From the NCBI GenBank assembly GCA_002506485.1, contig DAXQ01000076.1, forward strand, positions 1 to 50,965: DNA of 50,965 nt. Reading direction: 5' to 3'. Shown here one piece after another: positions 1 to 8,898 of the stretch. A model generated the notes under the pieces. It had not been told where the DNA came from and searched no databases. It saw only the letters and a program-made list of their open reading frames with translations. The position numbers and the translations under genes were made by a program. Each line of letters opens with the position of its first letter. The stretch's first letter is position 1. Source of the DNA: Euryarchaeota archaeon UBA136 (GTDB lineage: Archaea; Thermoplasmatota; Poseidoniia; MGIII; CG-Epi1).

Positions 1-129
1 TCGATTTGGAAGTCTTATATAAAACAATCTCCGTCGAACGACGTATTATTTTGGTAATAATTACAGACCACTATAACTCCGAACGTTTTGCGGTGTAAAG
101 GTAATGATTAAATAGAATTTCTGTTCCCT

Positions 130-876
130 ATGTTCAAGATGACTTACGACGGTACAGAATTATTAATGCTTGTTTTAATAATATCTATATTTACAATAAT
201 TCAATCGTTATTTGGTGTTGGTCTTTTGGTCTTTGGTACACCTACTTTACTGTTGTTGGGATATTCTTTCCCTGAGGCTTTGACTTATCTTCTGCCCTCA
301 TCGATATCAGTAAGTTTTTTCCAAGTTCGCGATCGCTGGGACAAAATCAGTTTGTATAGACTTAATGTATTTTACTTTCTTTTACCTATGGTAGCTATTG
401 GTTTGTTAGTAGTGCTGTATAGTTCAATATTTAATCTATATTTATTGATAGGCATTATGCTCTTATTGACATCAGTTATACGTTTTTCGACCTCTTTAAA
501 TGAATCATTTGCCACTCTTCTTGCCAATAATTTCAAAATAGGACTAGCGATTGTTGGCTTTATTCATGGATTAACTAATCTAGGAGGGGCACCTTTAGTT
601 GCAATCACAACTGGTATCTACAACAAAAAGACAAAAGTACAAGCAAATATTGCTTATGCTTATCTTACTATGGCAGCAGTCCAGACAATAATTTTGATTG
701 CAACTGGCGAATTCATATTTAACATTACTTCTTTACTTTTACCATTTTGTTCAGTAGTAATTTATTTTCTTATAGGAAAACAGGTTTTTGAGAACACAGA
801 TGAAATAATTTATCATCATCTAATGACTTTTTTCATATTTGGATATGGCATACTTTTGATTTTCAATTCATTTTAG
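130..876 (+). CDS. TauE/SafE (TSUP, DUF81) family membrane transporter
   Basis: 248-aa ORF that is hydrophobic throughout (about 8 helices). Gly-rich helix motifs (LFGVGLLVFGTPTLLL, GLTNLGGAPLV) are typical of TauE/SafE-type permeases. Confidence 0.6.
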   Translation: MFKMTYDGTELLMLVLIISIFTIIQSLFGVGLLVFGTPTLLLLGYSFPEALTYLLPSSISVSFFQVRDRWDKISLYRLNVFYFLLPMVAIGLLVVLYSSIFNLYLLIGIMLLLTSVIRFSTSLNESFATLLANNFKIGLAIVGFIHGLTNLGGAPLVAITTGIYNKKTKVQANIAYAYLTMAAVQTIILIATGEFIFNITSLLLPFCSVVIYFLIGKQVFENTDEIIYHHLMTFFIFGYGILLIFNSF

Positions 877-935
877 TATAAAATTTAGTAGCAAAATTAT
901 AATAGGGATTACATGGGATACAAAATAGGTGTAAC

Positions 936-1184
936 GTGTACTGTCGTATGTGTATTGATGTTCATGGGCTGACTCCAACTAGGCTGAACGAGCCAGCGGA
1001 GGCTGAGTTTCTGGTTTCACACTGTTATCAGGCCGATCTGAGGCATAAACACGAGGAGAATCAGGGTTTTGTTCAACCTATGTGTGGCCCTTGTGTGGAA
1101 CGGCTAAGATTAAATTCCGACCTCTACATATTCTCAGTATACAGCCTTAAACTTGAAGAGAGGAATAATCCGGAGGAAAAATAA
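936..1184 (+). CDS. hypothetical small protein with two CxxC pairs (possible zinc ribbon)
   Basis: 82-aa ORF with a GTG start 5 nt after GGTG. It has CxxC at residues 3-6 and 50-53. Its stop overlaps the next start (TAATG at 1182-1186). The stretch looks slightly more GC-rich than its surroundings. Confidence 0.35.
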   Translation: MYCRMCIDVHGLTPTRLNEPAEAEFLVSHCYQADLRHKHEENQGFVQPMCGPCVERLRLNSDLYIFSVYSLKLEERNNPEEK

Positions 1185-1495
1185 TGGGTATAAACCAAGA
1201 AGACTTTGAGAAATTGAATATGCGGGGAATTATTATTTCCTCGATAATGACTGCCTTTGGTCTAGTAGTGGCATTGGCTTGGAAGGACACGATTAATGCT
1301 ACAGTGGCATATTTGATGCCAGATAATGATGATGGCACTCTGAAGGGGATGTACATTACAGCAGTGGCTGTTACTGCCCTGGTTATGGGTCTGGCAATGG
1401 TGGTCCTGAAGCTCAATGTCAGGGTTGAGAAGGAAATTGAGAGAGTCCAGTCCTATTTTGATGACGAGGATGAAGAAGAGAGTAAACAGTCCTAA
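1184..1495 (+). CDS. small membrane protein (DUF5654-like, from memory), acidic C-terminal tail
   Basis: 103-aa ORF with two hydrophobic helices. The motif FGLVVALAWKDTINA resembles the AALAWxxAI motif I associate with DUF5654. The tail is DDEDEEE. Confidence 0.5.
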   Translation: MGINQEDFEKLNMRGIIISSIMTAFGLVVALAWKDTINATVAYLMPDNDDGTLKGMYITAVAVTALVMGLAMVVLKLNVRVEKEIERVQSYFDDEDEEESKQS

Positions 1496-1576
1496 GCTGT
1501 TATAGGATCTATAGTAGACCCACCAAAGAACAAAACAACCACAGTATTAAATTAAACAAAGGTGTCAGGGGGGTGT

Positions 1577-1708
1577 ATGAATCTTACAGGTGCAATAATT
1601 AAGCAACTTCCGTGGTGGGCAGTTTTGCTTTTCTTCTTGGCCTTAATCTTGACTGGAATCATAGCGTTATGGTGGCTTTCGCTGACTACCCCTAGCTTTG
1701 TAGCTTAG
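1577..1708 (+). CDS. hypothetical 43-aa single-pass membrane peptide (below the ORF-track cutoff)
   Basis: ATG at 1577 is preceded by GGGGGGTG. My translation is MNLTGAIIKQLPWWAVLLFFLALILTGIIALWWLSLTTPSFVA, ending at stop TAG 1706-1708. It is co-directional with the two upstream small ORFs. Confidence 0.3.
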   Translation: MNLTGAIIKQLPWWAVLLFFLALILTGIIALWWLSLTTPSFVA

Positions 1709-1740
1709 AGTAGAAGAAAACCGGATGAGGAAGCCTGAGC

Positions 1741-2262
1741 CTATTTCCACTTGATATTACAACCCATCGAGGCGACTTGGTCAAAATCTATCTCGTTACC
1801 ACTTAGAACTGCATCAATGGCCATCCTTAATTCTTCACGTGTTACATTATCAGGTTCTTTCCAGTTATCATCCAGTCTTCCTCTGTATTTCAACTTTCTA
1901 TCCTTATTGTACAGAAAAATATCAGGTGTACATACTGCACTGTATGCCTTTGCTACTTCCTGAGATTCATCGAACAAGTATGGAAAGGGATATGATTTCG
2001 CCCGATGTCTCTCAGCCAATTTTTCTGGGGAATCATCCGGAAAATTCTCTATTTCATTTGAGCTAATCAATACAAAATCGGTTTGATTCTGATAATCATT
2101 TCCTAGGACGATCAAACGATCTTCGACTGCTTTTGCATATGGACAATGATTACAAGTGAAGATAACCACCAATGCATCAGAGTCAAAATCACTCAGACTC
2201 ACGTTCTTACCATTCGTGTCAGGTAAACTGAAACCATGGGCCGGACTTCCTAATTTTACCAT
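1741..2262 (-). CDS. thioredoxin-fold thiol-disulfide oxidoreductase (TlpA/AhpC-TSA-like redoxin)
   Basis: The active-site context is VVIFTCNHCPYAKA (CxxC). The track ORF runs to 2346, but that start overlaps the divergent mutase start codon. I prefer the ATG at 2260-2262 (MVKLGSPAHGFSLPD...), which matches the usual redoxin N-terminus. Confidence 0.75.
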   Translation of the reverse strand: MVKLGSPAHGFSLPDTNGKNVSLSDFDSDALVVIFTCNHCPYAKAVEDRLIVLGNDYQNQTDFVLISSNEIENFPDDSPEKLAERHRAKSYPFPYLFDESQEVAKAYSAVCTPDIFLYNKDRKLKYRGRLDDNWKEPDNVTREELRMAIDAVLSGNEIDFDQVASMGCNIKWK

Positions 2263-2344
2263 CGTAGATTCGGTTAATACCATGGAAATTGATACACACC
2301 AGCCATTAAGAACATTTCTTTTAAAGACCCCCAAATAGCGTTGC

Positions 2345-3736
2345 ATGGATGCTTCCCAAGATATCTTCAGGGCATATGATATTCGAGGAGTCTACGGAAC
2401 CGAGCTCGATGCAGAAATAGGAGAGCAGGTTGGGTTGGTTTTTGGTAATTATTTACGTAAGTCTAATAGTCATGGAACTGTTTCCATTGGTTGTGACGCC
2501 CGTATAAGTTCACCTGAATTGCAGGCAGCAGTTTCCAGAGGAATTTCCAGAGCGGGTTTTGATGTCGATGTTATAGGTATGGTTCCTATTCCTGTGGCAA
2601 ATTTCTGTACCTGGAAAGCCAGTCTTGGGGATAAACCATACCTTGCTGGAGTGTACATTACGGCAAGCCATAATCCAGCAGAGTACAATGGCATTCGTTT
2701 CAGACATCCTGATGGTGCTGGATATACTGAAGGTAACATTGAGATCAAAAGAATGTTTTTTGAGGAACCGGCCGAGGATCATTCAGAAACGGGCAACGTC
2801 AATATATTATCTACAGAAGAGGCATTGAAGGATTATACTGATTTTGTAAAGTCAAAGGTAGGTAATCTAGAGGGAATGCGGATTGCACTAGACCCTGGTA
2901 ATGGCGTGGGTAGTTTGATTATCGATGAGATATTTCAGAAATTTGGCGTGGAGACTTCATGCATAAACAATGAACCTGATGGTCGCTTTCCTAATCGGCC
3001 TTCTGAACCAGCACCCAAGAATCTTAGCGAACTTATCGGTTTGGCTAAGAATGAAAAATTCGATTTCAGTGTGGCTTACGATGGTGATGCCGACAGGTGT
3101 GTTTTCATTGATGATGTAGGCCTTCCAGTGACTCCTGAGAAGATTGGTATTATAGTTGCTAAGAGTCTGATAACTCCAGAGTCAAATAAAGTTCTGGCCG
3201 GTGTTCCCTGTTCAATGATTCTGGAAGATGAGATTCCGAAGATAGGTGGAAAATTGATATGGATAAGGGTCGGGGATGTGTTTGTTTGTGAGGAACTCAA
3301 AAAGCATAATGCAGCCTTGGCACTGGAGATATCTGCGCACTTTTTTGCACCCGGATTGACGGATTTCATATTTGATGATCCAATAATATTCAGTCTTAAG
3401 CTCGCTGAATATCTTCACAAAACAGGATCAAATCTATCCCAGCTTTCAAGGGATATTCCATCTTATCCTTATGAGGAGATGAAATTTTCTTGTCCGGATG
3501 CCCTTAAGTTCAAAGTCAATGAATATTTGACAGATTTCTTTTCCAGCAAGGGTTACAAGGTGGAGACAATAGATGGTGTTAAGATCTGGTTAGATGGAGG
3601 TTGGGTTCTATTACGGCCATCAAACACCCAGCCTGTGATGAGGATGTTTGTCGAAGCAATGGACAAACCAGGTCTGGAAAAGATTAAGAGCGAATTCAGA
3701 AGTTACTTTGATGATGCAGTGAGGGCAATTTCGTGA
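2345..3736 (+). CDS. phosphohexomutase family enzyme (phosphoglucomutase / phosphomannomutase / phosphoglucosamine mutase)
   Basis: 463 aa. It has the catalytic Ser loop TASHNPAEYNG, the metal loop DGDADR and a four-domain length typical of archaeal PGM/PMM/GlmM. Confidence 0.9.
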   Translation: MDASQDIFRAYDIRGVYGTELDAEIGEQVGLVFGNYLRKSNSHGTVSIGCDARISSPELQAAVSRGISRAGFDVDVIGMVPIPVANFCTWKASLGDKPYLAGVYITASHNPAEYNGIRFRHPDGAGYTEGNIEIKRMFFEEPAEDHSETGNVNILSTEEALKDYTDFVKSKVGNLEGMRIALDPGNGVGSLIIDEIFQKFGVETSCINNEPDGRFPNRPSEPAPKNLSELIGLAKNEKFDFSVAYDGDADRCVFIDDVGLPVTPEKIGIIVAKSLITPESNKVLAGVPCSMILEDEIPKIGGKLIWIRVGDVFVCEELKKHNAALALEISAHFFAPGLTDFIFDDPIIFSLKLAEYLHKTGSNLSQLSRDIPSYPYEEMKFSCPDALKFKVNEYLTDFFSSKGYKVETIDGVKIWLDGGWVLLRPSNTQPVMRMFVEAMDKPGLEKIKSEFRSYFDDAVRAIS

Positions 3737-4509
3737 TAGATCAGATAGTAGTACCAGATTCTATGACGATTGTTCTAGTTGCTCTTACCAGTCTCCTCAT
3801 ATCTGGAATCGCTTTTTACAAAAAAGTGCTGGATCAGGGAGGTTCGGCTTTAGCATTCTTGATTTGTTTTATATCAGGTACTCTCGGTCATTGGAGCTGG
3901 TTATTACTTCTTCTGATATTTGTTGGCAGTTCTTTCCTAGCTACCAGATTTGCTATTGTTCACAAGATGGCACTGGGTGTTGAGGAAAGTGATGCAGGTA
4001 CCAGAGGCGGTTCTAATGTTGTTTCAAATGGTATTATACCACCTGTTGTGGCTTTAGGATATAGTCTAGGCTTGCTACAACCCGAACAGGCTTTGGTCGC
4101 CTTTACGACATCTATCGCGGCAGCAAGTGCAGATACAATGGCTAGTGAGATAGGGGTACTTTCTCCAAAACCTGTAATGATAATCAGGCCCTGGGAGACT
4201 GTCGAACCCGGCACAGATGGTGGAGTTTCTATAGAGGGAACCATTGCTTCACTGTTGTCATCAGTTTCGATGTCTATGCTATCTTTTGCAGCTTTTGTGC
4301 TAATAATAGAGTCAGACCATTCCCTTTCATTGCCTTTTGAGATAAATTATCTATACATTTCTGCATTCTTTGGTTTTTTTGGCAGTAATATTGATTCTTT
4401 GTTGGGTGCAACCCTAGAAAGTAGGGGTATTTTGGGTAATGGTGGTGTAAATTTCTGTTCAATAGCCCTAACTGTCATACTTTCTCTTGTATTTTTGAGC
4501 ATTTCGTAA
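3733..4509 (+). CDS. DUF92 (TMEM19/VTE6-like) integral membrane protein
   Basis: 258 aa and polytopic. Family hallmarks are present: TRGGSNVVSNG and AASADTMASEIG. There is a 4-nt overlap with the upstream mutase gene. Confidence 0.75.
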   Translation: MIDQIVVPDSMTIVLVALTSLLISGIAFYKKVLDQGGSALAFLICFISGTLGHWSWLLLLLIFVGSSFLATRFAIVHKMALGVEESDAGTRGGSNVVSNGIIPPVVALGYSLGLLQPEQALVAFTTSIAAASADTMASEIGVLSPKPVMIIRPWETVEPGTDGGVSIEGTIASLLSSVSMSMLSFAAFVLIIESDHSLSLPFEINYLYISAFFGFFGSNIDSLLGATLESRGILGNGGVNFCSIALTVILSLVFLSIS

Positions 4510-4512
4510 GCA

Positions 4513-4526
4513 TTTTTATATAAAGG
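4513..4526 (+). promoter_or_regulatory. TATA-box-like element upstream of the thermosome gene
   Basis: TTTTTATATAAAGG is centred about 36 nt upstream of ATG 4556. This implies a very short leader. Confidence 0.45.
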
Positions 4527-4555
4527 CTTCAAAGCTTGTTATCCTGTGATGTAAT

Positions 4556-6199
4556 ATGATACCAGGAAATACACCGGTTGTAATATTGAAAGAAGGAACA
4601 AAACGTGATAGTGGTCGTAGGGCCACACAAGGCAATATTTTGGCTGCCAAGGCTATCGCTGAAGCTGTAAGATCAACCCTAGGTCCTAAGGGCATGGATA
4701 AGATGCTTGTCGATTCTATGGGGGATGTTGTGATCACGAATGATGGAGTAACTATTCTGAAGGAAATTGAAGTTGAGCATCCTGCCGCTAAAATGGTTGT
4801 TGAAGTGGCCAAGACCCAGGATTCAGAATGTGGTGATGGAACTACTACAGCTGTAATCCTAGCAGGCGAACTACTAAAGAATGCAGAGGAACTACTCGAA
4901 CAGGGAGTACATGCAACTGCAATATCCAATGGTTATCGTAGAGCCGCCAAGGAGTCGGCCAGTATCCTTGAAAAGATAGCAAAACACGTTCGACGTAGTG
5001 ATACAACTGTATTGAAGGCGATCGCCATAACATCAATGACCGGTAAATCATCGGAGGCTCATGCAGACTTTCTAGCTGAGTTGACTGTGAAATCAGTCAG
5101 GTCAGTTGCCGAAGGCCGAGGCAAGACGACAGTGGTTGACCGTGATAATATTAAAATTCAGAAGAAACAGGGCGGTTCTATATCAGATACGGAACTGGTT
5201 TCTGGAATTATAATTGATAAAGAGCCAGTGCATAGCGGGATGCCTAAGAGTATTTCAAATGCCAAGGTGGCTTTAGTCGATGCCCCATTTGAGATTAAAA
5301 AGACCGAAATCGAATCCAAAATCCAGATTAATGATCCTTCCCAGATTCAGGCATTCTTGGATCAGGAAGAGTCGTCTATCAAGAAAATGGTTAATCAGGT
5401 ACATAAATCTGGCGCAAAGGTCCTGATTTGTCAGAAGGGTATTGATGATTTAGCTCAACACTACTTGGCCAAGCATGATATAATGGCAATTCGCAGAGCC
5501 AAGAAGTCAGATATCGAGGCCCTGGCCAAGGCAACTGGTGGAAGAGTGATTTCCAATATTGAAGGATTGAGTAAACAGGATCTGGGATTTGCAGGAGTAG
5601 TTGAAGTCAGGAAAATAGGTGATGATGAGATGACTTTTGTCACGGGTTGTAAGAATCCCAAGGCTGTTTCCATCTTAGTACGTGGGGGAAGTGAGCATGT
5701 AGTGGATGAGATTGATCGTAACCTAGCTGATGCCATCGGCGTAGTTTCCCTTGTTTTCCAGGATGGTAAGATAGTTACCGGGGGAGGAGCAACGGAGATT
5801 GAGTTGGCACTAAAACTGAGAAAGTATGCCCCTAGGGTCGGAGGACGTGAACAAATGGCTATCGAGGCCTTTGCCAAAGCGATGGAAGTAGTTCCAATCA
5901 CTCTGGCTGAGAATGCGGGTCTTGACGTGATTGACACCTTGATGGGTCTACGTAAGGCACATACTAAGAAAGGCAGGAATCAGCATGCTGGTTTAGATGC
6001 ATTTACAGGCAAGGTCGTCAATATGAGGTCGCGCAATGTCGTTGAACCGTTGCGAGTCAAGACACAGGCATTGAGCAGTGCAACTGATGTAGCAACTATG
6101 ATTCTCAGAATCGATGACGTTATTGCTTCGAAACAGCCAGAAGGCCCAGCGCCTGATGGTGGTGACGGTATGGGTGGTATGCCTCCCGGGATGATGTAA
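4556..6199 (+). CDS. ths: thermosome subunit (group II chaperonin)
   Basis: 547 aa. It has the TCP-1/thermosome signatures [10 protein letters not shown] and GDGTTT, plus the characteristic C-terminal [13 protein letters not shown] tail. Confidence 0.97.
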   Translation: MIPGNTPVVILKEGTKRDSGRRATQGNILAAKAIAEAVRSTLGPKGMDKMLVDSMGDVVITNDGVTILKEIEVEHPAAKMVVEVAKTQDSECGDGTTTAVILAGELLKNAEELLEQGVHATAISNGYRRAAKESASILEKIAKHVRRSDTTVLKAIAITSMTGKSSEAHADFLAELTVKSVRSVAEGRGKTTVVDRDNIKIQKKQGGSISDTELVSGIIIDKEPVHSGMPKSISNAKVALVDAPFEIKKTEIESKIQINDPSQIQAFLDQEESSIKKMVNQVHKSGAKVLICQKGIDDLAQHYLAKHDIMAIRRAKKSDIEALAKATGGRVISNIEGLSKQDLGFAGVVEVRKIGDDEMTFVTGCKNPKAVSILVRGGSEHVVDEIDRNLADAIGVVSLVFQDGKIVTGGGATEIELALKLRKYAPRVGGREQMAIEAFAKAMEVVPITLAENAGLDVIDTLMGLRKAHTKKGRNQHAGLDAFTGKVVNMRSRNVVEPLRVKTQALSSATDVATMILRIDDVIASKQPEGPAPDGGDGMGGMPPGMM

Positions 6200-6201
6200 C
6201 C

Positions 6202-8862
6202 TCAGTCTCTCGAAGGGTCTTTTGCGTCTGGATTGATATCAAGCGTTTTCAACGCCTTGTCGGCTTTCACTTGGGATATTTTACCTTCACTAAGTAAGGT
6301 GCTTATGGCCGCTGCAGCTATGTGTTCAGCATTCATCTCGAAGAATTTTCTCAGATTCTCTCTTGTATCACTTCTTCCAAATCCATCAGTTCCCAAACTC
6401 ACATACTTTCCAGGCACCCACTGTTCGATCATATCTGGAACTGCTTTCATGTGATCTGTTGCAACTACTGTAATCATTTCATTCTTTCCTAAAACTGTAG
6501 TCACGTATGGTACTTTTGGCTTTTTCATGGGATTCAGTAGATTCCATCTTTCACAGCTCAATGCGTTCCTTCTTAGGCTTCCAAAACTGGTCGCGCTCCA
6601 GATTTCACTCTTGAGACCAAAGCCTTCCAGTATTTTACTGGCTTTCAGTATCTGTTGCATTATGGACCCACTTCCTACTAACCTAATATTTGCACCTTTA
6701 ATACTCTTGAATTTGTATATGCCCCTGAAAATCCCTTTTTCACAATTTTTAGGTATAGAGGGCATTGGATAATTCTCGTTGTACAGGGTTATATAGTAAA
6801 AAAGGTCCTCGTTATTCTCATACATTCTGCGCAATCCTTCTTTGACTATAACTCCTAACTCGTACGCGAAGGCAGGGTCATAGGCTATGCAGTTCGGCAC
6901 GGTCGTTGAGACCAGTAGGCTGTGTCCATCCTGATGTTGCAGTCCTTCTCCGTTCAGAGTTGTCCTGCCCGCCGTTGCCCCCAGCAAGAAACCTCTTGCC
7001 CTTGAGTCCGCAGCGCACCAGATTTGATCTCCAACTCTCTGAAATCCGAACATTGAATAATAGATATAGAATGGAATTGTTGGCTTTCCAACATTGGCAT
7101 ATGCAGTTCCTGCCGCTATAAAACTGCTCATCGCTCCAGCCTCCGATATTCCCTCTTCCAATATCTGGCCACTCTCAGATTCCTTGTAACTCAGAAGGAG
7201 TTCTGAATCTACGGGAGTGTATATCTGACCTTGAGCATTGTAGATCTTGAATTCTGTAAAGAGGGCTTCCATTCCAAAGGTCCTAGCTTCATCAGGAACA
7301 ATTGGGACAATCAAGTTTCCTATTTTTTCATCTTTAATGAGATTGCGAAGCAGACGCACATGGGCCATAGTCGTTGAAACTTCTTGACCTTCTGGTGTCC
7401 CTTTGTCAAATTCAGTGAAGGCTTCTTTGTTGGGCATATGAAATCCACTATAGGTTGCCTTTCTCTTGGGGATGGATCCTTCAAGTTCCTTTCTGTGTTC
7501 CATCAAATATCGGATTTCTTCGCTATCTGCCGCTGGCTTGTAGTAAGGCATATCATCTAATTCTGAATCTGTAAATGGTATCTCGAGTAAATCTCTGAAG
7601 TATTGCCAGTCAGACTTCTCCAAATTCTTTTTCTGATGAGTCACATTTCTAGCTTGGAATCCTTTACCAAGTGCCCATCCTTTGACCGTTTTAGCAAGAA
7701 TTACAGTTGGTTGACCGGTGTGGTTTACCGCCTCCTTATAAGCTGCATAAAGTTTTTGTGAGTCGTGCCCCCCCCTTCTCAATTTAGTCAGTCCCTCGTT
7801 ATCCAGATCCTCTACTAATTTTGTTAGCTCAGGTTCAGGCCCGAAAAACTTTTCGCGGATATAATCACCTGAGGAAGCTGCCAAAGTTTGGTAATCTCCA
7901 TCAACCGTATTTTCCATTTTCCGTAGAAGATGCCCCATCTCATCTTTTTGTAATAAGGGGTCCCAATCCCGGCCCCACAACACTTTGATAACATTCCATC
8001 CCGAGCCTCTGAAAATAGCCTCCAGTTCTTGAATAATCTTTCCATTTCCTCTTACAGGCCCGTCCAATCTTTGTAAATTACAATTAATTACAAACGTCAG
8101 ATTATCAAGTTTTTCTCTATGGGCCAGGTGTAATGCGTGTAGTGTTTCAGGTTCATCACATTCTCCATCCCCTACGAATGCCCAGACTCTACTTTCCGAG
8201 GTGTCTATTATTTCTCTTTCTCTAAGATATCTTAGAAATCTAGCGTGATAAATTGCGTTAGTAGGTCCCAGTCCCATTGAGACGGTTGGGAATTCCCAGA
8301 AATCAGGCATTAATCTAGGGTGAGGATAACTGGAAAGACCTTTTCCAAAGGCCTCTCTCCTGAAATGATCCAGTTGGTCCTCAGTCAATCTGCCTTCTAG
8401 GTATGCCCTTGAGTATATTCCAGGGGATGCATGCCCCTGGAAATATATGAAATCTCCAATTCCTTTATCCTTTCCTTTGAAGAAATGATGAAAACCTACT
8501 TCATAGAGGCTTGCTGCCGAGGCATAAGTTGAGATGTGACCTCCAATTCCTGAAAAATTCTGATTGGCTTTGGAAACCATCATTGCAGCATTCCATCTTA
8601 TAATTCGTCTGATTTTTCTTTCAACAACCTCATCACCAGGATAATCCGGTTCAGATTCAGGTGGTATGGTATTGACATAGGGACTATTTGTCAGAAGGGG
8701 AATTGCTATGTCCCGGTCTCTGGCTTCTCTAATCAAGGTTTGAAGCAAGTAGCGAGCTCTTTCCTTTCCTTTTATGTCTATGACAGATGCAATAGAGTCT
8801 ATCCATTCCTCTGTTTCTTGAGGGTCCCTATCGGGCAATTGCTGCCTATATCCTTTTTTCAT
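6202..8862 (-). CDS. aceE: pyruvate dehydrogenase E1 component, homodimeric (AceE) type
   Basis: 886 aa. The AceE-type N-terminus is present (DRDPQETEEWIDS), as is the ThDP-binding GDGECDEPE...NCNLQRLDG motif. Length and domain order match bacterial AceE. Confidence 0.92.
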   Translation of the reverse strand: MKKGYRQQLPDRDPQETEEWIDSIASVIDIKGKERARYLLQTLIREARDRDIAIPLLTNSPYVNTIPPESEPDYPGDEVVERKIRRIIRWNAAMMVSKANQNFSGIGGHISTYASAASLYEVGFHHFFKGKDKGIGDFIYFQGHASPGIYSRAYLEGRLTEDQLDHFRREAFGKGLSSYPHPRLMPDFWEFPTVSMGLGPTNAIYHARFLRYLREREIIDTSESRVWAFVGDGECDEPETLHALHLAHREKLDNLTFVINCNLQRLDGPVRGNGKIIQELEAIFRGSGWNVIKVLWGRDWDPLLQKDEMGHLLRKMENTVDGDYQTLAASSGDYIREKFFGPEPELTKLVEDLDNEGLTKLRRGGHDSQKLYAAYKEAVNHTGQPTVILAKTVKGWALGKGFQARNVTHQKKNLEKSDWQYFRDLLEIPFTDSELDDMPYYKPAADSEEIRYLMEHRKELEGSIPKRKATYSGFHMPNKEAFTEFDKGTPEGQEVSTTMAHVRLLRNLIKDEKIGNLIVPIVPDEARTFGMEALFTEFKIYNAQGQIYTPVDSELLLSYKESESGQILEEGISEAGAMSSFIAAGTAYANVGKPTIPFYIYYSMFGFQRVGDQIWCAADSRARGFLLGATAGRTTLNGEGLQHQDGHSLLVSTTVPNCIAYDPAFAYELGVIVKEGLRRMYENNEDLFYYITLYNENYPMPSIPKNCEKGIFRGIYKFKSIKGANIRLVGSGSIMQQILKASKILEGFGLKSEIWSATSFGSLRRNALSCERWNLLNPMKKPKVPYVTTVLGKNEMITVVATDHMKAVPDMIEQWVPGKYVSLGTDGFGRSDTRENLRKFFEMNAEHIAAAAISTLLSEGKISQVKADKALKTLDINPDAKDPSRD

Positions 8863-8886
8863 ATCTATACTCTTTCTATCATCATC

Positions 8887-8898
8887 GTATTTATATTA
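8887..8898 (-). promoter_or_regulatory. TATA-like element between the dys stop and the aceE start
   Basis: The minus strand reads TAATATAAATAC, centred about 29 nt upstream of the aceE ATG (8860-8862). This spacing fits a leaderless or near-leaderless transcript. Confidence 0.35.

Noticed and set aside
936-1184. Possible structured ncRNA (SRP RNA or RNase P RNA), suggested by locally higher GC and short hairpins such as GGCT-GAACG-AGCC
   Set aside because: I found no conserved SRP helix-8 motif (GGAA/AGCA context) or RNase P motif (GAGGAAAGUCC, ACAGAA). The stretch is an intact ORF with two CxxC pairs, an SD-like GGTG and a TAATG coupling to the next gene. I kept it as a low-confidence CDS.
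2263-2346. Long form of the redoxin ORF (201 aa), whose start codon overlaps the divergent mutase start within GCATGG
   Set aside because: Divergent genes sharing start-codon nucleotides would leave no promoter space. The extra 28 residues are not redoxin-like, and an internal ATG (2260-2262) gives a canonical N-terminus. I therefore treated the extension as an ORF-finder artefact.
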